Positions 32,201 to 46,200 of a stretch of DNA of 64,000 nt are shown here, in pieces (the first letter of the stretch is position 1; each line of letters starts with the position of its first letter). Origin of the DNA: Eledone cirrhosa. Taxonomy: Eukaryota. Both the position numbers and the translations under genes were made by a program. The notes below the pieces were generated by a model. The model saw nothing but the letters and a program-made list of their open reading frames with translations. It was not told the DNA's origin and ran no database searches. Location: positions 1,240,001 to 1,304,000 of the forward strand of contig OZ024759.1 of NCBI GenBank assembly GCA_964016885.1, given 5' to 3'.

Positions 32201-35200
32201 CAAAGTCTATATTAGTAACATGACAAAGTCTATATTAGTAACATGACACAGTCTATATTAGTAACATGACAACGTCTATATTAGTAACATGACGGTCTAT
32301 ATTAGTAACATGACAGTCTATATTAGTAGCATGACAAAGTCTATATTAGTAACATGACACAGTCTATATCAGTAACATGACACAGTCTATATTAGTAACA
32401 TGACAAAGTCTATATTAGTAGCATGACAAAGTCTATATTAGTAACATGACACAGTCTATATTAGTAACATGACAAAGTCTATATTAGTAGCATGACAAAG
32501 TCTATATTAGTAACATGACAAAGTCTATATTAGTAACATGACACACTCTATATTAGTAACATGACAGTCTATATTAGTAACATGACAGTCCATATTAGTA
32601 GCATGACAAAGTCTATATTAGTAACATGACAAAGTCTATATTACTAACATGACACAGTCTATATTAGTAACATGACACAGTCTATATTAGTAACATGACA
32701 AAGTCTATATTAGTAGCATGACAAAGTCTATATTAGTAACATGACAAAGTCTATATTAGTAACATGACGGTCTATATTAGTAACATGACAGTCTATATTA
32801 GTAGCATGACAAAGTCTATATTAGTAACATGACACAGTCTATATTAGTAACATGACACAGTCTATATTAGTAACATGACAAAGTCTATATTAGTAGCATG
32901 ACAAAGTCTATATTAGTAACATGACACAGTCTATATTAGTAACATGACAAAGTCTATATTAGTAGCATGACAAAGTCTATATTAGTAACATGACAAAGTC
33001 TATATTAGTAACATGACACAGTCTATATTAGTAACATGACAAAGTCTATATTAGTAACATGACGGTCTATATTAGTAACATGACAGTCTATATTAGTAGC
33101 ATGACAATGTCTATATTAGTAACATGACACAGTCTATATTAGTAACATGACACAGTCTATATTAGTAACATGACAACGTCTATATTAGTAGCATGACAAA
33201 GTCTATATTAGTAACATGACACAGTCTATATTAGTAACATGACAAAGTCTATATTAGTAGCATGACAAAGTCTATATTAGTAACATGACACAGTCTATAT
33301 TAGGAACATGACAAAGTCTATATTAGTAACATGACAAAGTCTATATTAGTAACATGACAAAGTCTATATTAGTAACATGACACAGTCTATATTAGTAACA
33401 TGACAAAGTCTATATCAGTAACATGACAGTCTATATTAGTAGCATGACAAAGTCTATATTAGTAACATGACAAAGTCTATATTAGTAACATGACACAGTC
33501 TATATTAGTAACATGACACAGTCTATATTAGTAACATGACAGTCTATATTAGTAACATGACAAAGTCTATATTAGTAACATGGCAAAGTCTATGTTAGTA
33601 ACATGACAAAGTCTATATTAGTAACATGACAGTCTATATTAGTAACATGACACATTCTATATTAGTAACATGACAAAGTCTATATTAGTAGCATGACAAA
33701 GTCTATATTAGTAACATGACAGTCTATATTAGTAACATGCCAAAGTCTATATTAGTAGCATGACAAAGTCTATATTAGTAACATGACACAGTCTATATTA
33801 GTAACATGACAAAGTCTATATTAGTAACATGACAAAGTCTATATTAGTAACATGACACAGTGTATATTAGTAATATGACAGTCTATATTAGTAGCATGAC
33901 AAAGTCTATATTAGTAACATGACAAAGTCTATATTAGTAACATGACGGTCTATATTAGTAACATGACAGTCTATATTAGTAGCATGACAATGTCTATATT
34001 AGTAACATGACACAGTCTATATTAGTAACATGACACAGTCTATATTAGTAACATGACAACGTCTATATTAGTAGCATGACAAAGTCTATATTAGTAACAT
34101 GACACAGTCTATATTAGTAACATGACAAAGTCTATATTAGTAGCATGACAAAGTCTATATTAGTAACATGACACAGTCTATATTAGTAGCATGACAAAGT
34201 CTATATTAGTAACATGACAAAGTCTATATTAGTAACATGACGGTCTATATTAGTAACATGACAGTCTATATTAGTAGCATGACAAAGTCTATATTAGTAA
34301 CATGACACAGTCTATATTAGTAACATGACACAGTCTATATTAGTAACATGACAACGTCTATATTAGTAGCATGACAAAGTCTATATTAGTAACATGACAC
34401 AGTCTATATTAGTAACATGACAAAGTCTATATTAGTAGCATGACAAAGTCTATATTAGTAACATGACACAGTCTATATTAGTAACATGACAAAGTCTATA
34501 TTAGTAACATGACAGTCTATATTAGTAACATGACACATTCTATATTAGTAACATGACAAAGTCTATATTAGTAGCATGACAAAGTCTATATTAGTAACAT
34601 GACAGTCTATATTAGTAACATGCCAAAGTCTATATTAGTAGCATGACAAAGTCTATATTAGTAACATGACAAAGTCTATATTAGTAACATGACAAAGTCT
34701 ATATTAGTAACATGACACAGTGTATATTAGTAATATGACAGTCTATATTAGTAGCATGACAAAGTCTATATTAGTAACATGACAAAGTCTATATTAGTAA
34801 CATGACACAGTCTATATTAGTAACATGACACAGTCTATATTAGTAACATGACACAGTCTATATTAGTAACATGACAAAGTCTATATTAGTAACATGGCAA
34901 AGTCTATATTAGTAACATGACAAAGTCTATATTAGTAACATGACAAGGTCTATATTAGTAACATGACACAGTCTATATTAGTAACATGACAAAGTCTATA
35001 TTAGTAACATGACAGTCTATATTAGTAACATGCCAAAGTCTATATTAGTAGCATGACAAAGTCTATATTAGTAGCATGACACAGTCTATATTAGTAACAT
35101 GACATGGTCTATATTAGTAACATGACACAGTCTATATTAGTAGCATGACAAAGTCTATATTAGTAACATGACAAAGTCTATATTAGTAACATGAGAAAGT

Positions 35201-35512
35201 CTATATTAGTAACATGACACAGTCTATATTAGTAACATGACAAAGTCTATATTAGTAACATGACACAGTCTATATTAGTAACATGACACAGTCTATATTA
35301 GTAACATGACAAAGTCTATATTAGTAGCATGACAAAGTCTATATTAGTAACATGACAAAGTCTATATTAGTAACATGACACAGTCTATATTAGTAACATG
35401 ACAAAGTCTATATTAGTAACATGACGGTCTATATTAGTAACATGACAGTCCTTATTAGTAGCATGACAAAGTCTATATTAGTAACATGACACAGTCTATA
35501 TTAGTAACATGA
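17000..35512 (+). repeat. Higher-order tandem duplication, unit 8588 bp, ~2.15 copies (~17000-25587, ~25588-34175, partial ~34176-35512)
   Basis: Exact offset 8588 for GTCCTTATT 18274/26862/35450, AATATGACAAT 19340/27928, TTAGAAAC 22511/31099, TATTACTAAC 24056/32644 and TTAGGAAC 24715/33303. Confidence 0.95.
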
Positions 35513-38500
35513 CAGTCTATATTAGTAACGTGACAAAGTCTATATTAGTAACATGGCAAAGTCTATGTTAGTAACATGACAAAGTCTATATTAGTAACAT
35601 GACAGTCTATATTAGTAACATGACACATTCTATATTAGTAACATGACAAAGTCTATATTAGTAGCATGACAAAGTCTATATTAGTAACATGACAGTCTAT
35701 ATTAGTAACATGCCAAAGTCTATATTAGTAGCATGACAAAGTCTATATTAGTAACATGACACAGTCTATATTAGTAACATGACACAGTCTATATTAGTAA
35801 CATGACACGGTCTATATTAGTAGCATGACAAAGTCTATATTAGTAACATGACAAAGTCTATATTAGCAACATGACAAAGTCTATATTAGTAACATGACAA
35901 AGTCTATATTAGTAACATGACACAGTGTATATTAGTAATATGACAGTCTATATTAGTAGCATGACAAAGTCTATATTAGTAACATGACAAAGTCTATATT
36001 AGTAACATGACACAGTCTATATTAGTAACATGACACAGTCTATATTAGTAACATGACACAGTCTATATTAGTAACATGACAAAGTCTATATTAGTAACAT
36101 GGCAAAGTCTATATTAGTAACATGACAACGTCTATATTAGTAACATGACAAGGTCTATATTAGTAACATGACACAGTCTATATTAGTAACATGACAAAGT
36201 CTATATTAGTAACATGACAGTCTATATTAGTAACATGCCAAAGTCTATATTAGTAGCATGACAAAGTCTATATTAGTAGCATGACACAGTCTATATTAGT
36301 AACATGACATAGTCTATATTAGTAACATGACACAGTCTATATTAGTAGCATGACAAAGTCTATATTAGTAACATGACAAAGTCTATATTAGTAACATGAG
36401 AAAGTCTATATTAGTAATATGACACAGTCTATATTAGTAACATGACAAAGTCTATATTAGTAACATGACACAGTCTATATTAGTAACATGACACAGTCTA
36501 TATTAGTAACATGACAAAGTCTATATTAGTAGCATGACAAAGTCTATATTAGTAACATGACAAAGTCTATATTAGTAACATGACACAGTCTATATTAGTA
36601 ACATGACAAAGTCTATATTAGTAACATGACGGTCTATATTAGTAACATGACAGTCTATATTAGTAGCATGACAAAGTCTATATTAGTAACATGACACAGT
36701 CTATATCAGTAACATGACACAGTCTATATTAGTAACATGACAAAGTCTATATTAGTAGCATGACAAAGTCTATATTAGTAACATGACACAGTCTATATTA
36801 GTAACATGACAAAGTCTATATTAGTAGCATGACAAAGTCTATATTAGTAACATGACAAAGTCTATATTAGTAACATGACACACTCTATATTAGTAACATG
36901 ACAGTCTATATTAGTAACATGACAGTCCATATTAGTAGCATGACAAAGTCTATATTAGTAACATGACAAAGTCTATATTACTAACATGACACAGTCTATA
37001 TTAGTAACATGACACAGTCTATATTAGTAACATCATACAGTCTATATTAGTAACATGACAAAGTCTATATTAGTAACATGACACAGTCTATATTAGTAAC
37101 ATGACACAGTCTATATTAGTAACATGACAAAGTCTATATTAGTAGCATGACAAAGTCTATATTAGTAACATGACAAAGTCTATATTAGTAACATGACGGT
37201 CTATATTAGTAACATGACAGTCTATATTAGTAGCATGACAAAGTCTATATTAGTAACATGACACAGTCTATATTAGTAACATGACACAGTCTATATTAGT
37301 AACATGACAAAGTCTATATTAGTAGCATGACAAAGTCTATATTAGTAACATGACACAGTCTATATTAGTAACATGACAAAGTCTATATTAGTAGCATGAC
37401 AAAGTCTATATTAGTAACATGACAAAGTCTATATTAGTAACATGACACAGTCTATATTAGTAACATGACAAAGTCTATATTAGTAACATGACGGTCTATA
37501 TTAGTAACATGACAGTCTATATTAGTAGCATGACAATGTCTATATTAGTAACATGACACAGTCTATATTAGTAACATGACACAGTCTATATTAGTAACAT
37601 GACAACGTCTATATTAGTAGCATGACAAAGTCTATATTAGTAACATGACACAGTCTATATTAGTAACATGACAAAGTCTATATTAGTAGCATGACAAAGT
37701 CTATATTAGTAACATGACACAGTCTATATTAGGAACATGACAAAGTCTATATTAGTAACATGACAAAGTCTATATTAGTAACATGACAAAGTCTATATTA
37801 GTAACATGACACAGTCTATATTAGTAACATGACAAAGTCTATATTAGTAACATGACAGTCTATATTAGTAGCATGACAAAGTCTATATTAGTAACATGAC
37901 AAAGTCTATATTAGTAACATGACACAGTCTATATTAGTAACATGACACAGTCTATATTAGTAACATGACAGTCTATATTAGTAACATGACAAAGTCTATA
38001 TTAGTAACATGGCAAAGTCTATGTTAGTAACATGACAAAGTCTATATTAGTAACATGACAGTCTATATTAGTAACATGACACATTCTATATTAGTAACAT
38101 GACAAAGTCTATATTAGTAGCATGACAAAGTCTATATTAGTAACATGACAGTCTATATTAGTAACATGCCAAAGTCTATATTAGTAGCATGACAAAGTCT
38201 ATATTAGTAACATGACACAGTCTATATTAGTAACATGACAAAGTCTATATTAGTAACATGACAAAGTCTATATTAGTAACATGACACAGTGTATATTAGT
38301 AATATGACAGTCTATATTAGTAGCATGACAAAGTCTATATTAGTAACATGACAAAGTCTATATTAGTAACATGACGGTCTATATTAGTAACATGACAGTC
38401 TATATTAGTAGCATGACAATGTCTATATTAGTAACATGACACAGTCTATATTAGTAACATGACACAGTCTATATTAGTAACATGACAACGTCTATATTAG

Positions 38501-41500
38501 TAGCATGACAAAGTCTATATTAGTAACATGACACAGTCTATATTAGTAACATGACAAAGTCTATATTAGTAGCATGACAAAGTCTATATTAGTAACATGA
38601 CACAGTCTATATTAGTAGCATGACAAAGTCTATATTAGTAACATGACAAAGTCTATATTAGTAACATGACGGTCTATATTAGTAACATGACAGTCTATAT
38701 TAGTAGCATGACAAAGTCTATATTAGTAACATGACACAGTCTATATTAGTAACATGACACAGTCTATATTAGTAACATGACAACGTCTATATTAGTAGCA
38801 TGACAAAGTCTATATTAGTAACATGACACAGTCTATATTAGTAACATGACAAAGTCTATATTAGTAGCATGACAAAGTCTATATTAGTAACATGACACAG
38901 TCTATATTAGTAACATGACAAAGTCTATATTAGTAACATGACAGTCTATATTAGTAACATGACACATTCTATATTAGTAACATGACAAAGTCTATATTAG
39001 TAGCATGACAAAGTCTATATTAGTAACATGACAGTCTATATTAGTAACATGCCAAAGTCTATATTAGTAGCATGACAAAGTCTATATTAGTAACATGACA
39101 AAGTCTATATTAGTAACATGACAAAGTCTATATTAGTAACATGACACAGTGTATATTAGTAATATGACAGTCTATATTAGTAGCATGACAAAGTCTATAT
39201 TAGTAACATGACAAAGTCTATATTAGTAACATGACACAGTCTATATTAGTAACATGACACAGTCTATATTAGTAACATGACACAGTCTATATTAGTAACA
39301 TGACAAAGTCTATATTAGTAACATGGCAAAGTCTATATTAGTAACATGACAAAGTCTATATTAGTAACATGACAAGGTCTATATTAGTAACATGACACAG
39401 TCTATATTAGTAACATGACAAAGTCTATATTAGTAACATGACAGTCTATATTAGTAACATGCCAAAGTCTATATTAGTAGCATGACAAAGTCTATATTAG
39501 TAGCATGACACAGTCTATATTAGTAACATGACATGGTCTATATTAGTAACATGACACAGTCTATATTAGTAGCATGACAAAGTCTATATTAGTAACATGA
39601 CAAAGTCTATATTAGTAACATGAGAAAGTCTATATTAGTAACATGACACAGTCTATATTAGTAACATGACAAAGTCTATATTAGTAACATGACACAGTCT
39701 ATATTAGTAACATGACACAGTCTATATTAGTAACATGACAAAGTCTATATTAGTAGCATGACAAAGTCTATATTAGTAACATGACAAAGTCTATATTAGT
39801 AACATGACACAGTCTATATTAGTAACATGACAAAGTCTATATTAGTAACATGACGGTCTATATTAGTAACATGACAGTCCTTATTAGTAGCATGACAAAG
39901 TCTATATTAGTAACATGACACAGTCTATATTAGTAACATGACACAGTCTATATTAGTAATATGACAAAGTCTATATTAGTAGCATGACAAAGTCTATATT
40001 AGTAACATGACACAGTCTATATTAGTAACATGACAAAGTCTATATTAGTAGCATGACAAAGTCTATATTAGTAACATGACACAGTCTATATTAGTAACAT
40101 GACACAGTCTATATTAGTAACATGACAGTCTATATTAGTAACATGACAGTCCATATTAGTAGCATGACAAAGTCTATATTAGTAATATGACAGTCTATAT
40201 TAGTAGCATGACAAAGTCTATATTAGTAACATGACAAAGTCTATATTAGTAACATGACACAGTCTATATTAGTAACATGACACAGTCTATATTAGTAACA
40301 TGACACAGTCTATATTAGTAACATGACAAAGTCTATATTAGTAACATGACAAAGTCTATATTAGTAACATGACAAAGTCTATATTAGTAACATGACTAAG
40401 TCTATATTAGTAACATGACACAGTCTATATTAGTAACATGACAGTCTATATTAGTAGCATGACAAAGTCTATATTAGTAACATGACACAGTCTATATTAG
40501 TAGCATGACAAAGTCTATATTAGTAGCATGACACAGTCTATATTAGTAACATGACATGGTCTATATTAGTAACATGACACAGTCTATATTAGTAGCATGA
40601 CAAAGTCTATATTAGTAACATGACAAAGTCTATATTAGTAACATGAGAAAGTCTATATTAGTAACATGACACAGTCTATATTAGTAACATGACAAAGTCT
40701 ATATTAGTAACATGACACAGTCTATATTAGTAACATGACACAGTCTATATTAGTAACATGACAAAGTCTATATTAGTAGCATGACAAAGTCTATATTAGT
40801 AACATGACAAAGTCTATATTAGTAACATGACGGTCTATATTAGTAACATGACAGTCTATATTAGTAGCATGACAAAGTCTATATTAGTAACATGACACAG
40901 TCTATATTAGTAACATGACACAGTCTATATTAGTAATATGACAATGTCTATATTAGTAGCATGACAAAGTCTATATTAGTAACATGACACAGTCTATATT
41001 AGTAACATGACAAAGTCTATATTAGTAGCATGACAAAGTCTATATTAGTAACATGACACAGTCTATATTAGTAACATGACAAAGTCTATATTAGTAACAT
41101 GACGGTCTATATTAGTAACATGACAGTCTATATTAGTAGCATGACAATGTCTATATTAGTAACATGACACAGTCTATATTAGTAACATGACACAGTCTAT
41201 ATTAGTAACATGACAACGTCTATATTAGTAGCATGACAAAGTCTATATTAGTAACATGACACAGTCTATATTAGTAACATGACAAAGTCTATATTAGTAG
41301 CATGACAAAGTCTATATTAGTAACATGACACAGTCTATATTAGTAACATGACAAAGTCTATATTAGTAACATGACAAAGTCTATATTAGTAACATGACAA
41401 AGTCTATATTAGTAACATGACACAGTCTATATTAGTAACATGACAAAGTCTATATTAGTAACATGACAGTCTATATTAGTAGCATGACAAAGTCTATATT

Positions 41501-43240
41501 AGTAACATGACAAAGTCTATATTAGTAACATGACACAGTCTATATTAGTAACATGACACAGTCTATATTAGTAACATGACAGTCTATATTAGTAACATGA
41601 CAAAGTCTATATTAGTAACATGGCAAAGTCTATGTTAGTAACATGACAAAGTCTATATTAGTAACATGACAGTCTATATTAGTAACATGACACATTCTAT
41701 ATTAGTAACATGACAAAGTCTATATTAGTAGCATGACAAAGTCTATATTAGTAACATGACAGTCTATATTAGTAACATGCCAAAGTCTATATTAGTAGCA
41801 TGACAAAGTCTATATTAGTAACATGACACAGTCTATATTAGTAACATGACAAAGTCTATATTAGTAACATGACAAAGTCTATATTAGTAACATGACACAG
41901 TGTATATTAGTAATATGACAGTCTATATTAGTAGCATGACAAAGTCTATATTAGTAACATGACAAAGTCTATATTAGTAACATGACACAGTCTATATTAG
42001 TAACATGACACAGTCTATATTAGTAACATGACACAGTCTATATTAGTAACATGACAAAGTCTATATTAGTAACATGGCAAAGTCTATATTAGTAACATGA
42101 CAAAGTCTATATTAGTAACATGACAAGGTCTATATTAGTAACATGACACAGTCTATATTAGTAACATGACAAAGTCTATATTAGTAACATGACAGTCTAT
42201 ATTAGTAACATGCCAAAGTCTATATTAGTAGCATGACAAAGTCTATATTAGTAGCATGACACAGTCTATATTAGTAACATGACATGGTCTATATTAGTAA
42301 CATGACACAGTCTATATTAGTAGCATGACAAAGTCTATATTAGTAACATGACAAAGTCTATATTAGTAACATGACACAGTCTATATTAGTAACATGACAC
42401 AGTCTATATTAGTAACATGACAAAGTCTATATTAGTAACATGACACAGTCTATATTAGTAACATGACACAGTCTATATTAGTAACATGACAAAGTCTATA
42501 TTAGTAGCATGACAAAGTCTATATTAGTAACATGACAAAGTCTATATTAGTAACATGACACAGTCTATATTAGTAACATGACAAAGTCTATATTAGTAAC
42601 ATGACGGTCTATATTAGTAACATGACAGTCTATATTAGTAGCATGACAAAGTCTATATTAGTAACATGACACAGTCTATATTAGTAACATGACGCAGTCT
42701 ATATTAGTAATATGACAAAGTCTATATTAGTAGCATGACAAAGTCTATATTAGTAACATGACACAGTCTATATTAGTAACATGACAAAGTCTATATTAGT
42801 AGCATGACAAAGTCTATATTAGTAACATGACAAAGTCTATATTAGTAACATGACACAGTCTATATTAGTAACATGACAGTCTATATTAGTAACATGACAG
42901 TCCATATTAGTAGCATGACAAAGTCTATATTAGTAATATGACAGTCTATATTAGTAGCATGACAAAGTCTATATTAGTAACATGACAAAGTCTATATTAG
43001 TAACATGACACAGTCTATATTAGTAACATGACACAGTCTATATTAGTAACATGACACAGTCTATATTAGTAACATGACAAAGTCTATATTAGTAACATGA
43101 CAAAGTCTATATTAGTAACATGACAAAGTCTATATTAGTAACATGACTAAGTCTATATTAGTAACATGACACAGTCTATATTAGTAACATGACAGTCTAT
43201 ATTAGTAGCATGACAAAGTCTATATTAGTAACATGACACA
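35513..43240 (+). repeat. Further ~7.7-kb copy of the 8.6-kb unit in rotated phase (homologous to ~22.6-30.2 kb)
   Basis: Offset 13017 for TTAGGAAC 24715/37732, GTCCTTATT 26862/39879 and AATATGACAAT 27928/40945. The offset is 92 bp smaller upstream of the extra CATCATACAG-containing 4-monomer block at ~37030 (TATTACTAAC 24056/36981). Confidence 0.88.
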
Positions 43241-46200
43241 GTCTATATTAGTAACATGACACAGTCTATATTAGTAATATGACAAAGTCTATATTAGTAG
43301 CATGACAAAGTCTATATTAGTAACATGACACAGTCTATATTAGTAACATGACAAAGTCTATATTAGTAGCATGACAAAGTCTATATTAGTAACATGACAA
43401 AGTCTATATTAGTAACATGACACAGTCTATATTAGTAACATGACAGTCTATATTAGTAACATGACAGTCCATATTAGTAGCATGACACAGTCTATATTAG
43501 TAACATGACAAAGTCTATATTAGTAACATGACAAAGTCTATATTAGTAACATGACAAAGTCTATATTAGTAACATGACTAAGTCTATATTAGTAACATGA
43601 CACAGTCTATATTAGTAACATGACAGTCTATATTAGTAGCATGACAAAGTCTATATTAGTAACATGACAAAGTCTATATTAGTAACATGACACAGTCTAT
43701 ATTAGTAACATGACACAGTCTATATTAGTAACATGACAGTCTATATTAGTAACATGACAAAGTCTATATTAGTAACATGGCAAAGTCTATGTTAGTAACA
43801 TGACAAAGTCTATATTAGTAACATGACAGTCTATATTAGTAACATGACACATTCTATATTAGTAACATGACAAAGTCTATATTAGTAGCATGACAAAGTC
43901 TATATTAGTAACATGACAGTCTATATTAGTAACATGCCAAAGTCTATATTAGTAGCATGACAAAGTCTATATTAGTAACATGACACAGTCTATATTAGTA
44001 ACATGACACAGTCTATATTAGTAACATGACACAGTCTATATTAGTAGCATGACAAAGTCTATATTAGTAACATGACAAAGTCTATATTAGCAACATGACA
44101 AAGTCTATATTAGTAACATGACAAAGTCTATATTAGTAACATGACACAGTGTATATTAGTAATATGACAGTCTATATTAGTAGCATGACAAAGTCTATAT
44201 TAGTAACATGACAAAGTCTATATTAGTAACATGACACAGTCTATATTAGTAACATGACACAGTCTATATTAGTAACATGACACAGTCTATATTAGTAACA
44301 TGACAAAGTCTATATTAGTAACATGGCAAAGTCTATATTAGTAACATGACAAAGTCTATATTAGTAACATGACAAGGTCTATATTAGTAACATGACACAG
44401 TCTATATTAGTAACATGACAAAGTCTATATTAGTAACATGACAGTCTATATTAGTAACATGCCAAAGTCTATATTAGTAGCATGACAAAGTCTATATTAG
44501 TAGCATGACACAGTCTATATTAGTAACATGACATAGTCTATATTAGTAACATGACACAGTCTATATTAGTAGCATGACAAAGTCTATATTAGTAACATGA
44601 CAAAGTCTATATTAGTAACATGAGAAAGTCTATATTAGTAATATGACACAGTCTATATTAGTAACATGACAAAGTCTATATTAGTAACATGACACAGTCT
44701 ATATTAGTAACATGACACAGTCTATATTAGTAACATGACAAAGTCTATATTAGTAGCATGACAAAGTCTATATTAGTAACATGACAAAGTCTATATTAGT
44801 AACATGACACAGTCTATATTAGTAACATGACAAAGTCTATATTAGTAACATGACGGTCTATATTAGTAACATGACAGTCTATATTAGTAGCATGACAAAG
44901 TCTATATTAGTAACATGACACAGTCTATATCAGTAACATGACACAGTCTATATTAGTAACATGACAAAGTCTATATTAGTAGCATGACAAAGTCTATATT
45001 AGTAACATGACACAGTCTATATTAGTAACATGACAAAGTCTATATTAGTAGCATGACAAAGTCTATATTAGTAACATGACAAAGTCTATATTAGTAACAT
45101 GACACACTCTATATTAGTAACATGACAGTCTATATTAGTAACATGACAGTCCATATTAGTAGCATGACAAAGTCTATATTAGTAACATGACAAAGTCTAT
45201 ATTACTAACATGACACAGTCTATATTAGTAACATGACACAGTCTATATTAGTAACATCATACAGTCTATATTAGTAACATGACAAAGTCTATATTAGTAA
45301 CATGACACAGTCTATATTAGTAACATGACACAGTCTATATTAGTAACATGACAAAGTCTATATTAGTAGCATGACAAAGTCTATATTAGTAACATGACAA
45401 AGTCTATATTAGTAACATGACGGTCTATATTAGTAACATGACAGTCTATATTAGTAGCATGACAAAGTCTATATTAGTAACATGACACAGTCTATATTAG
45501 TAACATGACACAGTCTATATTAGTAACATGACAAAGTCTATATTAGTAGCATGACAAAGTCTATATTAGTAACATGACACAGTCTATATTAGTAACATGA
45601 CAAAGTCTATATTAGTAGCATGACAAAGTCTATATTAGTAACATGACAAAGTCTATATTAGTAACATGACACAGTCTATATTAGTAACATGACAAAGTCT
45701 ATATTAGTAACATGACGGTCTATATTAGTAACATGACAGTCTATATTAGTAGCATGACAATGTCTATATTAGTAACATGACACAGTCTATATTAGTAACA
45801 TGACACAGTCTATATTAGTAACATGACAACGTCTATATTAGTAGCATGACAAAGTCTATATTAGTAACATGACACAGTCTATATTAGTAACATGACACAG
45901 TCTATATTAGTAATATGACAAAGTCTATATTAGTAGCATGACAAAGTCTATATTAGTAACATGACAGTCTATATTAGTAACATGCCAAAGTCTATATTAG
46001 TAGCATGACAAAGTCTATATTAGTAGCATGACACAGTCTATATTAGTAACATGACATGGTCTATATTAGTAACATGACACAGTCTATATTAGTAGCATGA
46101 CAAAGTCTATATTAGTAACATGACAAAGTCTATATTAGTAACATGACAGTCTATATTAGTAACATGCCAAAGTCTATATTAGTAGCATGACAAAGTCTAT

